Source: Elusimicrobiota bacterium (lineage in GTDB: Bacteria; CG03; SLGR01; JBDRKX01). From it: DNA of 64,000 nucleotides. A model generated the notes under the pieces. That model did no database searches. It saw only the letters and a list, made by a program, of their open reading frames with translations, and had not been told where the DNA came from. The DNA is taken from the NCBI GenBank assembly GCA_043813605.1, contig JBDRKX010000047.1:1-64000 (forward strand). Reading direction: 5' to 3'. The position numbers and the translations under genes were made by a program. Numbering within the stretch: position 1 is the stretch's first letter; every line of letters starts with the position of its first letter. Shown here piece by piece: positions 48,101 through 60,100 of the stretch.

Positions 48101-51100
48101 CGCGGCTTACCCATATACCATCGCTTGTCCGGGTATAATCCGTCGGAGCAACGAGTTTCAACACAATATGTTTGTCTTTTCCTTTACCAACCCACCGGGC
48201 GCTGTTCATAATTACTGAGGGTATACCGAATTCCCTTGTTGTAATACCCGCATGCGCCAGTATCCCGCCGCCGGTAGTAACAACAGCACGGGCTTCCCTG
48301 ATCGCCTCTATATCATCCGGGGTGGTGTAGGGAGCGATGAATATTCTGCCGTCTTCGGCTGCATGATCCTTGTTGTACGTAGCGATACCGACAACAGGTT
48401 TGCCTTCTCCAGGTGATGCGGCAAGTCCCCTGACCCGGCTTCCAAGAATACTGTCATAAGGTACTGCATGGAGCTTGTTGCGGGCGATACGCAGTTGCGC
48501 ATCAGTTATCTCTATCGGAAATGCTGCTTCATAGCGCGATTCTTCGAGAGTATCATATAAAGCAAGAGGATCTATATAGGCACGTAATAAAGTGCCATCG
48601 GGTTTTTGTGTCACCTTAAAGACAGCACCATGGCGTATTACACCGCTGTCAATATCACGCAGTGTATATATATACAGTGTACCGTCCGCTATCTCAAGGT
48701 TTGCTCTTTCCGCCTGGTAACGGCCTATGCCGCCTATTATCTCAAATTTAACATATCCCTCCAACTGGCTTATCAGGAGACCCGACTGTAAACTTACTTT
48801 TTCACGCGATACGCGGCTTTCTACTACTTTTGATATGTTTTCCGACAGCTTTTCAGCAGTTTTTGCGTATACCCTGTCCGGCAAACTAAAAGGATCGGCA
48901 ATATCCCGGGACACAGTCTCCGGACTGCTGTATTCTTCAAGCATCAACACTTTTGAAGAGAATTCCGGATATTTTTCAAGAACGATTTCTTTCTGATCAG
49001 ATGTCATAACAAGAACAATATCAGCTTTTTCCATATCTTCTTTCGACAGCTGTGTCGGGATATGTCCTTCTTCAGTATCAGGAATACCCATGGATCTTAA
49101 TGTAGTGTAGACTATTTCCGGTACCGGCTCGTTAGGATCAACATCTAGTCCCCTGGAAACGACATTCAGACCGGATATGCCGTTTTCTCCCATAGAATGT
49201 TTCAGTATGCGTTCTGCCATGTGACTCCTGCAGGTATTGCCCGTACAGACGAACATGATACTATTATCTATCGGCCTGAAAAGGTCCGCCAGAGCTCTGT
49301 CTGTGAGGTAATCGGGATCCCTTTCGACCCTGCCGTCTTCCATGATAAACTCGCCTCTTTCGAATCCCAGCCTGACGGGTTCATTGAAATAAGTATCAAT
49401 AACTCTCTGACCGATAATACGCTCCGTATCCGTGATAACCGGCAGTTCAAGCCGTTCCAGTTCCGAATTTATCGCTTTTTTAAGAATAGGCATTTTCTTA
49501 CCGGCAAACTTCATATATTCATCTATATATATACCGTAATCGGGTTCGGATCCATCCTTCCGGAACGGAAAATCGTTTTCTGCGGCAAAGATATCCGCCC
49601 ATTTGCGTGCAATCTTCGTATGCTCTTTCTTACTCTTTTTGGCTGCGTCAATATTGGCGTCAAGGTTAAAAGTAGAATTCAGGCCGCACATTACAGTATG
49701 AAAAGCAGCGATGAGTTCATCACTTGTGCCTATATTGCTGTCTTTATCAAGAACTGCCTGAACAAATTCATTATCTCCTGTCACAGTAACCTTCAATCCG
49801 AGGTTTTGAAAAAGCTTCTGTATAAACGCTACGCGTATAGCCCTCCATGCAGGGAACTGGTTCTTTTTACCCTCAGCATATGCTATACGGATCATCCCTC
49901 CCTCATCAGGAGGCGAAGGATTAAAATATATACCGGCGGAATGATCTCCCATCCTGATATGCGCCCATATAGTGTTATCCGTAAGTATGATCCTTCCGGA
50001 AGAACGGCCTTTAGGCCATAACATTACGGATCTCATAAGAGGTGACTTGACCATATTATCATCACCCAGCCACGGTTTGCGGCTGATGTCTATTACCGCA
50101 AGGTCTTCGTTTATCGGGAAGAACAGTGATTTACCTAACTTTCGGGTAAGCCTGTCAAGCAGCCAGAAACTGTGCTGATGTATATAATTTATCAACTCGT
50201 GCAGGGTTTCGACATCTTTGAGCTTATCTGCAGTCTTAAAACCGGTCACGGAATTAGTTATCTCTGCAGGCAGTATATCCTGCGCACCGTAGGAACTCAT
50301 TAACTCTTCGATGTTCTTTTTCAGCTTCTTAAATTTCGCATTTACCCATTTAGTCTCATTTGCCGACGCCAGTGAAGTAGTATAAACTTCGATCATAGTC
50401 TCCAGGTGTTTAAGTATCGTTTCTGTTCTGCTACGGGTAAGACTGCCCGATTCACCAAAAACCAGTGCCAGTGCCGCGAAATTAGCATCTATCAGCTTAT
50501 TGAACTCATTGATCCTTTCCTTAAGTTCATCTATCTCTTTCGATTCTTCCCCTTTTTGTATCTTGTTAACATCACCGCTGACTATCTTTAACTGAGGATA
50601 ATATGCCGAACCTTGTGGAACAATTCCTTCCGGCGCATATATAAGGCGGTAATTCCCGTATAAAACATACTGTTTCGGTATACCCGGAAGGATACCGTAT
50701 TCCAAGCTCCTGAGAAAATCATACAGAGTTGATGCGCTTCTTGCCAAATGGGTTTTATTCTCATTTAAGAGGAGCTTTAATATTTTTTCCTTTGACGGCA
50801 TTCTGCGCGGAACAAACATTACTGCAAGTTCGGGGATAAATTCTTCCAGCCTGTTTACAATGTCTGAACCGTATTCCTCAGTTAATGTAGCAATAGTATC
50901 TGACGCGATCAGACCCCTGTTTTCTTTCAGTGTCTTTTCTATCTGAGATAGGTCTGTTTCATCGAGTGTCAGATTAAGCTCGTTCGCGCGTTTATGCAGG
51001 TTTTTAAGTTTGTTTTTAACTTTGTGGGGAGTTATACTGTGGACAGGAGTATTATCGTCTATGTGACTGGTTTCCCGATAAACCCAGTTATTGAACCCGC

Positions 51101-54100
51101 AGTTTTCAATATAATAATCATGGGCTATAACGGTTTTAAACAGGTTCTTTACCGCTATATCCACGTCGTCATCGTCACCGCCTTTATCCCTCCTGGTTAT
51201 TGCTATCCGATGGATAAGGTTCCGGTGCACGAAAATATGGCCGTCTCTCGTCCATGTTGCGTCACCGCCCGTTTCTGCGCCTTCCGGCAGTTTTGTAACA
51301 ATATGGAATTTCGCAGGATTCATGGAACCCCTGTATCCTGCCACGCCCAGCACATTGTTCATCTCTTCTATAGCTTCATTAGCCAGAGTACGGAATCTGA
51401 GTTTATGTTTCTTTCCCTGGTGATCGTAACTGTACGGGCCCCTTATGTTATCATATGCAAAACCTATACTCTCGAGCAGTTCTTTGTTTTTCCTGATGAC
51501 ATTATATGTGAATATAAGAGGCGTACCTGCATATACAGCCGCCATATCCGCAAACCGTTTTTTTGCACCTTTTTCGGTTGTAACAGGTTTTTGGAATCTC
51601 CTGGCCAGCTTGACTGCCGGGTGATCACTATTGATACCTAACTGCTCCACAACAGATTCTAGCAGACTGTTCAGAACCTCATTGTGGTCACCTTCCCAGA
51701 GATTTAGTCCACTAAATACTGATAACCAGTTGAAAAAACCCGAAATAGACGGGCTGGTTCCTCTTGCTTCATTGATAGTTTTCTTTGCTGATTCGGCAAG
51801 TTCACTGTAAACAGCAAGTCTCTTTTCGGATTCCGGTGTTTCTTCTATTTTTTCGGCCACAATGACAATATTCCTGTTTACAACCGGCGCGCGCCCCGCT
51901 TTCTTCCTCCATCCCGGATAAGTGTCATTGAACATGCCTGAAACTACCCTGATATTCCCGTAACCGAGTGATTCCAGCATATCCCTGTATTTATGCACAG
52001 GCATCTCGTCGTCTCTCGATCTGAATGTAATTATCACCCTGCCGGCGGTTTTCAGTTTATTAAGAACCTGTCTCATTAATTCCGTTTTAGCATCCTCGTC
52101 AAATGAATGGAGCACATTGGCGCATGTGACTACATCAAATTCAGTATTGCCGAGTTTATTATCCTCAAGGGATTTTTCGAGTTTAGATATATCTCCGCTG
52201 ACAAACTCTATATCAAGGTCTCTTTCCGCGGCTTTTCTGCCTGCCGCTGCAACCATTTCGTCCCTCATATCCATTCCCGTTACTCTATTTGCTCCCTTAT
52301 ATGCTGCAAGAGCAGCCATTATGCCCGTTCCCGAACCGAGATCCAGAACATTTCCGGCATTATTCGGTATAAATTTATCTGCAGCATACGTCATCGCTTC
52401 CGAGATCCGGGACCTTTCGGATCCGTCCGGCCCTATTATCATTGCGAGGTTCGGAGAATACCTCATTATCTCCGACGTGATCTCTTCCGAAGTGATCCGC
52501 TTTTCGGCGGCTTCTTTGACTGGTATTCCCGGGACTATTTCTATCAGGGCTTCATAGAGCGCTGTCCTGTTACGGAACCTTTTCACAATATCCCTTTCCT
52601 CGTAGACAACATCCACGCTCCCATCAGCTTTTGTTATATACATACCGTCTATGTCGCTTAGGTCATATGAATAATATATTTTTCTGCCCGCATCATAGTA
52701 ATCCGGGGACCTTCCCCTGCCGCGGCCGGCAAGGAACCAGAGCGCGCCCCTGATTTCTTCTGAGGAAAAATCCCCTGTCAATCCGTACAGTTTCTCGGGG
52801 TACCGTTTAGCTGTTTTTTCCCAGGCATAGAGTACGGCAAAATCAGTATCTTTTTCTCCATGTATGCTCTTTATACCATTAACAGTTGTTCCCCTGTCAG
52901 TCATAAGTTCGTCTACTATTACCAGTTTATCGCCTTCAGATATGCCTTTTGAAGCAAGGTATTTTCTGCCGAGGTCTATCAGTTTTTCAGTACCCGGCTG
53001 ACGGGTATCCAGATGAAACTGAGAAAAATCAACAAGATACAGGTCATCAACCCTGTTGTAATAAGCGGGGTCCGTTTTCGTGATGAAAAGCGCCGTATCA
53101 TAAAGCATATCGGCGCCTCTTCCGATAAACAGCAGTTTCTTTCCCTTGTTTTCCGGATTATCCAGCACCCATTTCATCATGTTATAATAGACAGGCGCAT
53201 GGGTGGCTATGTTTTCTCTGTATTCCTCCCTGCTGTAATTACCCAGTCCGCTTTCTTCACTACGCTGATCTTCCGGCAACATTGATATTTCCTGAAGCAT
53301 AGGATCATTTTCATAGAGACCGGCCATCTCCAGTTCTTCCGCCATCTCTCTGAACCGGGTTTCTCCAAGACGATCAAGTAATTCCTGAGCCCTGTCCGAA
53401 GTCAGAAGAGGAACTGGTTCAGGTTTTTCCAGCGTTACACTGTTAAGTACCTTGTAATCTGAGCTGAAAGGAAGCTGGTCGTAATAGATGACATCCAGCT
53501 TATCAACTGTAAGAATACCGAAAGAACGCTGGTATTTTGCCACAATACCTTTGAATTTCATCAGTTCGTCCCAGCTAAAAGGTTCTGCGAAATAACCCAA
53601 GGTTATATGCGGCATTCTTTCAGTGTGTTTTCCCCACTCATCCCTTCTGGATGCTATAGGGTCCGTATTGTCTTCTGCAAGATATGACTGGACTTCCCAG
53701 AAAATACCCATTCCGATATCCCAGTTCAGTCCGCTCACTTCAGCTTCAAATGAAGGGGAGGCAATATCCGAAGCACGCGCCACTTCATCTTCCTTTATAC
53801 CGCCCTGGGTAGTCAGGTGCAGTAATTCAGGTGCGACAAAAACGATCTTTTCCGGGAACGCATATTCAAGTTCTTCCTGGAATTTCCGCATACGGTCTCT
53901 TACCGGACCTTCAGGGATAAAATATACTTCAGTTATTCCCTCTTTCTTTGTTTTACCTTTTTCCGGCTGTACAAGCCCGTCTTTTCCTATATACCTCTTC
54001 GTCTCTGTCAGATCGCGCTCTGTGATCTCTTTTACCCTGCTGTTTCTCTTCACTATCTCATCATGCGCTTCTTTATAATGATCGTTTCTGACAAACGCTT

Positions 54101-57100
54101 TAACAGGACCTGCAACAGCACTGGGTATATCCTCTATGATTTTTTCATCTTCTGTTTCTTCAGCGGGTTTCAGCTCCAATTTAATGAAATTAACCAGGCC
54201 TGTTTGCCTGTTCTCATCAAGTGCTTTTTTTGTCTTATCATAGTTTGCGTTAAAATAGTCAGTAAAATCGTGTTCTTCTTCCTCTACATCTTTTACTATA
54301 AGTCCTTTTACTGATGCCCGTTTCACATAACCGTCTCTTACAAGACTGTTTACACTGAAGAAGATCCTGGGTTCAGATACCAAATTTATTACCAGGTTAG
54401 ATTTTCCGCCGGCAACCGCTTTGTCTATAAGAGATCTCATTACAGCAGTATGCCACCTGATATCTCTGGCCCAGTCATAGAGCACTATCTCTGTTTCTAT
54501 AAGCGTGTCCCCGTCTTCTTTCAGGTTGATCTTGCCTATAAGATCACCTTTTTCGTCACGGATCCTGTGGTTATATTCGTAATCCCCGCGTTCCGGTGTA
54601 AATACAAATCTTTCCGGCATTACTGTTTCTTTAGCGATTATACCTAACGGGAGATCGTAGAATTTAGCGATATTACGGTTATAGAATATATGGAATATTA
54701 CAGCAGCAATAGTGCCGTATACCATACCCACAACAGGTACGGAAGCCATTAGCGCTCCGACGCCTATGACAACCGACATCACCGCGGCAAATACCCCGAG
54801 TATGATCCTGTCCTGCCAGACAGCTTTCACCGGGTACCCGTATTTATGGTAATAGACTCCCGGATGGAGAAGAACGAATAAGAACGAGGTAAACGCACCA
54901 GAAACGGCAAGGCTGCCGAGCAGGTCGTATCCCGTGAACATATTCACAAGATACGATACGAATCCCAATACCCCGGCAAACATCAGTGTCTCGTAAAACG
55001 CGAGTTTTGGGGGTTCTTTTGCTACGCGTTCCGGATGCCAGTACGGGCTGAACGCGGCAGGCACTCCTTTTTTTACAGCTTGTACTTTATCCTTGAGAGT
55101 ATCATGGAATTCTCTGGGAAAGAGAGCCAGTGCCTGATTGATATCATCTCCGTACGTTTTTGCAATATCTTCTGCCAGCCGGTCAAAAGCGCGCACCGAT
55201 TCTTCAGAATCACCCTGTAGAAACTCTATAATGTTCTCATCAAGTCCTTCATTCGCTTTATGCCGTTCATATACAACTTCCAGTCCCAGCAGCCTGTACG
55301 CGTTCCTGACACCTATATCTATGTTCTTAAGATTCTTTTCTGTAAGTTCCGATTCCTGGTTCCTGAACTCAGAAAACTTCTTCATTGCAATGGCTTTGCC
55401 GACAAGATCGTCACCGAAAATATTCTCTATAAAATACCGTATCTGTTTTAATGACGGTTTACGATCAGAAGTAACAGGGATACCCATAGTAACAAGCGGC
55501 ATTCCTTTATCCGGATCGCTTAAATTGTTAATAAACGAGAATATCCACCACAGATTAAGTTTCATCATATCTGCATCCAGATACCCGTTTTTATCCAGGA
55601 AGGCCGTTAAGGATTTAAACTCAATAGTAGGATCTTTCTCACCCAGCGTGATAAAAGCAAAATGGTCTTCCGCTACTTTCTTTCGTAAATTCGGGAGCCT
55701 GCTCAGGTATTCATCATTAGGCATCTTAATAGATGAATTAGTAAGGCCCTTGTAACCGAGATTGGATAAAACAGCCCACATCGATTCGTATACCTTTATC
55801 ATATGGACAAAATTGTCTATATCCAATTCCAGCCGGTTTTTATCCCCGTCTCTAACAATCGGCATTGATTTTAGTCCTGCATGCGCATGAAGACTCGCAA
55901 ATCCGGACTTTACAAAATTCCGGATATTCTTCATTTCATTTATGAGCGTATTCCAGTCCTCCACGGTGTTCGTGTGGAAGGTATCTACCATTGACTGTGT
56001 TTTAAACTCGAAAAGGCTCCTTGATTCGTCACTCAATTCCCAGCCGGGTGCAGCTGCACTTTTATTCAGCCTGATATGATTCCAGTATTCATTTTTTATT
56101 ATCCAGTAATATTTTCCGGGAAGTATATTTTTTGTTTCCCAGAGATTCCAGTCTGCTTCAGTCAATGGCGGAAGGTTCTCATCTTCAAACACGCCTTCAA
56201 GAAAGTCCCTTGAATAGAGGTTCTTTATTTCAGGCTGTACATAGAACTCCAATTCAAGCGAGAATGTCGCATCACCCGGTTTCCTGAAAGGAAGCGGTAA
56301 GAGGCCCGCATTATCTTTTAAATCGACTTTATCCATTAAACTGTACAGTTCTTCTGTCTCTTCATCTGAGATGTTCCTGATATTGACCAGATAGAGAAGC
56401 AGTTTCTGCTGTTCATTTTCCGGAAGATGAGCCGTTGAGCTCAGGAGATACTGCTTATGGAGTTCAGGATAATCTTCGGGGATAACTTTTTCTATCGGAG
56501 AGGGTTTACGACCGGCCGGTTTGTCTTCGCCGGAACCCTTTGCCGTTATCATATTGCTAACCGCTTCCTGTTTCGATGAAAGGTCTTTCGGGGTAATTAT
56601 CTTGGTCTCCAGCATTTCCTTCAGGACAGATAAGCTGGAAACTGGCTCAATACCAGTTTTCCCAAGGAGGCCGGCAATATGCTGTATATCTTTGCTTTTT
56701 ATCTGCCCTGTCTTTAAAAGGGCCTCGATTATTGAATAACTCTCGTCTATATTTTCATTGTTCTCCGCTATTGAAAGCATATCGTAAACCGCGCCGTTAT
56801 CTATGAGGTTATCTTTATAAAGGCGGTTTATCGTATCCCAGAACTGCGGATTATTCCTGATCCCGTCATATTTTTCGCCCCTGAGCATGTCATGTAACAA
56901 TTCAACTATCTTGCCTGTTAATGTTTTATTCCCGGAATAATCAGCGCCCGTCTCTATTTCGAATGTCCGCCGGACGAGTGTTTCCAGGACGGCTATCCTC
57001 TGGTTTAAAAACTCTATTATTTCTTTTGCATCATCATCCGGATATCCGGCTTCTTTGATAAAAGCAGAAAAATTATTTTTAATTGATTTAAAATAATTTA

Positions 57101-60100
57101 TCGATTCCTCAAGAGCCTGAATATCGTATGAGTCATGGGATTCAATACGGGAGACCACATTTGAGTAATAATAAAGAAAGTCCGCAAAATTCATGTTCGT
57201 ATCGAATCCTGCATCGTTGTCAAAGATAACAGGGACATCAAACACTCTTATCGAGTTTGAACCATGCTGGTCCCACTTGCCTATCAAAGCATTAAATACG
57301 AGTTGCGCGCTTCTGCCTTTCCTGGAGTCACTGTAAACGAGTTCTTCCTTTTTATAGTCCTGGGCGACTCTTGTAAGGAAATATCCTTTTTCACTGCTTC
57401 CGACATTTTTCAATTTCCTTGATTCTTCGGAAGAGAGCGATCTTATCTCTACAGTGTCGACTCTGCCTCTGCCCAAAAGATAGCCCAGCAGTTCCCTTTT
57501 GTAATCGTTACGGTTTCTATGATTCCCTATCTTATAATGCCCCCCGCGCTTCTTTACGAGAAAAACATTGCCTGCTTCATCAATAACAGCCGGAAACCCC
57601 CTGGGATTGCAGTTCTGCCCGAATTTCGCTTCAAGTTTTTTATTGCCGATCATGCTGTAGCTGTGCGGCGTATCAGACCTGACACCTGATTCTGCCAGTA
57701 CCGTAATCGGCTCCGAATAGAAAGATATCATTTCCCTGGCGCGTTCTGCGATTGCTTGTGCGGATACTAAAGCTTCTGTTATCTCCTCATTACCTAGCAA
57801 CGCATCTCTTATTTGATGATCCGGTATAAGTATTTCCCAAAGTTCATGACTCAATTTCTTCTCATATACCGTGAGATTGCCGCCTTTTTCTTCTGCCATA
57901 CCGGCGTCTACGATATACGCTCTCATACCAAGCGATCGGGTCATCCCTATCATTATGTTTGACGGGTTCCATAGATCGTCAACATAAATACCGCTAAAAC
58001 TCAGATCTCTCACCAACTGCCTGATAAGCTCGAGATTATCCGCATTCAGATCTATACGCGGATCATTTATTGAATGGCCGTAAACCCTTTCTGATACTAT
58101 ATATACAAGCTTATCGGTACGGACGATCTCTATCGGACGCGGCGCCAATCCTTCCTTGTAGAGCTCTTCGAGCATCCTGTATTCTTCTTTTGCACTGTTA
58201 AAGTAGATCTCTTTGTTAATTATTTTGATGACAAGGTCTTCATTAAAAGGATGTATGAATACAGTACCGTACTCACCGCTTTTTATGAGTTCGGCATTTC
58301 TTGATTCACCCGCTATCTCTACTTTAAGTTCGCTCTCTGCCTTTTCATAGGAAAGTTTAATTTCTCTAGCAGGTTTTGCCATCGCTTTTGCAGGTCTTTC
58401 AGCCATAAACTCTTCAACCTGCCAGGCAAGTGCTTCTTCCCTTTCTTTGTATGTCTTACCGTTTATCTCTTTAATAAAATTACCCAGTCTGCCTTGGAAT
58501 ATTACGTAGAGTGCATCTATGAGACGGTTTTCAGAATATTTGCCGGTAGACTGGGAGTATGTGAAGAAATCATACAGGAATTCAGCCCATAATTCTGAAT
58601 CAAGATTGCTTATGTTTTCCAGTCTACCTGCTATTCGAGGTGAGATTTCGGCTATTATCTCTTTTATTTCCGGGAATTTATCATCATATTGTTTTATCAG
58701 ATTAGCGTAATACTCGCGGGGATATTGTATTTTTTCATCAGACGCATTATTTATTAATTCCTCAAAAACGCTATCTTCCGGAGGAGCTCTCTCTTCCAGT
58801 AGTCTTTCCTCTCGCACTAACTCCAGTATCTCTTTCATCACTGTTCTGAATCTATCAGCCGGGTCTACCGGTTTGTGTATTTTTCGCAGAGGAATAGCCA
58901 CATGAACTATTGCTGAGCCGTTTCTCTGTGCATTCAGCGCCCAGGCGCCTTCCGCCTTATACGCTTTATCAGCCATCATTGCTGATAAAACAGCCGGATC
59001 CCGCACAAGATTCTTAATAAAATCAGCAGAAAATGCATACTCACCGCCGCCTGCCTGTCTGAATCGGCCGTATAACGGGTAAAGTACCAGATCCATCACG
59101 CCTGCATCATCATTCCGGTAATCCCTTATATATGAAGAACCTACATACTGTTTGTGATCCCTATATACAGGCTCTAAATACGCTTTTACCCATTCGGGAT
59201 CGATATTCTCTATATCGCCGTCAAATGTGACCCATGCATCAGCTTTCAGGAGATTTACAATCTCCCAACCCAGCATCTGTCCCCAGAATTTTCCTTTGAT
59301 CGCTCCCGGCTTGATCCATGATACCAGTTCGACATTATCCACATTGTCTATTGAACTTCTGTCTATTTGCGACAATGTCTGTTTACTTGGTTTTTCTCCG
59401 CTAAGGACGATCATAGCCCTTTTCCCGGGATAATATTCAGCAAGTCCTTCCAATACCGTATCTATACCATGGTTTATCAACTCCAGGGGTTCTTTATTGT
59501 AATTAAGCTGTATGACAATGTCCGCTTTATCAATATCCACCACTTTTCTCAATTGTTTTTGGCGGAATCTGCTGAATGTTCTTAATTTGTCTTTATAGTC
59601 TGAGAATCTACCCGCTAACTCCTTAGTATTGATCAGCATTTCTTCTTCCGGGATCTTTCTGGGAAACAGGCCGGTAAAGAACCTTTTTATTCTCTGGTTT
59701 ATGGACGCGAATAATGAAACTTCTTCTTTTTCCAGGATATATTCAGGTTCTATTTTTTCAAGTGCATCAACAGATTCTAATTCCACATAATCTTCGGCAT
59801 CCACATAAAGCGGATTAGATGCAGTAAATTCCGAGAGCCTTCCTTTATATACAGGATATCCGGTATCTTCGGCATCACCTGCTTCTGCCCGTTTAACATA
59901 TACTGCAACTTTGTCCAGCGGTATTTCCCACTTTATAATATCGAATATCTGTTTTCTCAATGAGACCATTGCCGGATGCATGTTCTCAAAATGTTCTATT
60001 CCGTTAATCCTGATAGATATCAGTTTATCTCCGAATATAGGCTCACCGGCTGCATCCAGCCCGAGTGAACCGTTTGAATCGACTATCTTATCATCCAACT

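Noticed and set aside
6445..49450. Short minus-strand ORFs (6445, 8839, 42020, 45919, 46730, 48308, 49268)
   Set aside because: They lie out of frame inside well-supported domains of the giant ORFs and show no coding evidence.
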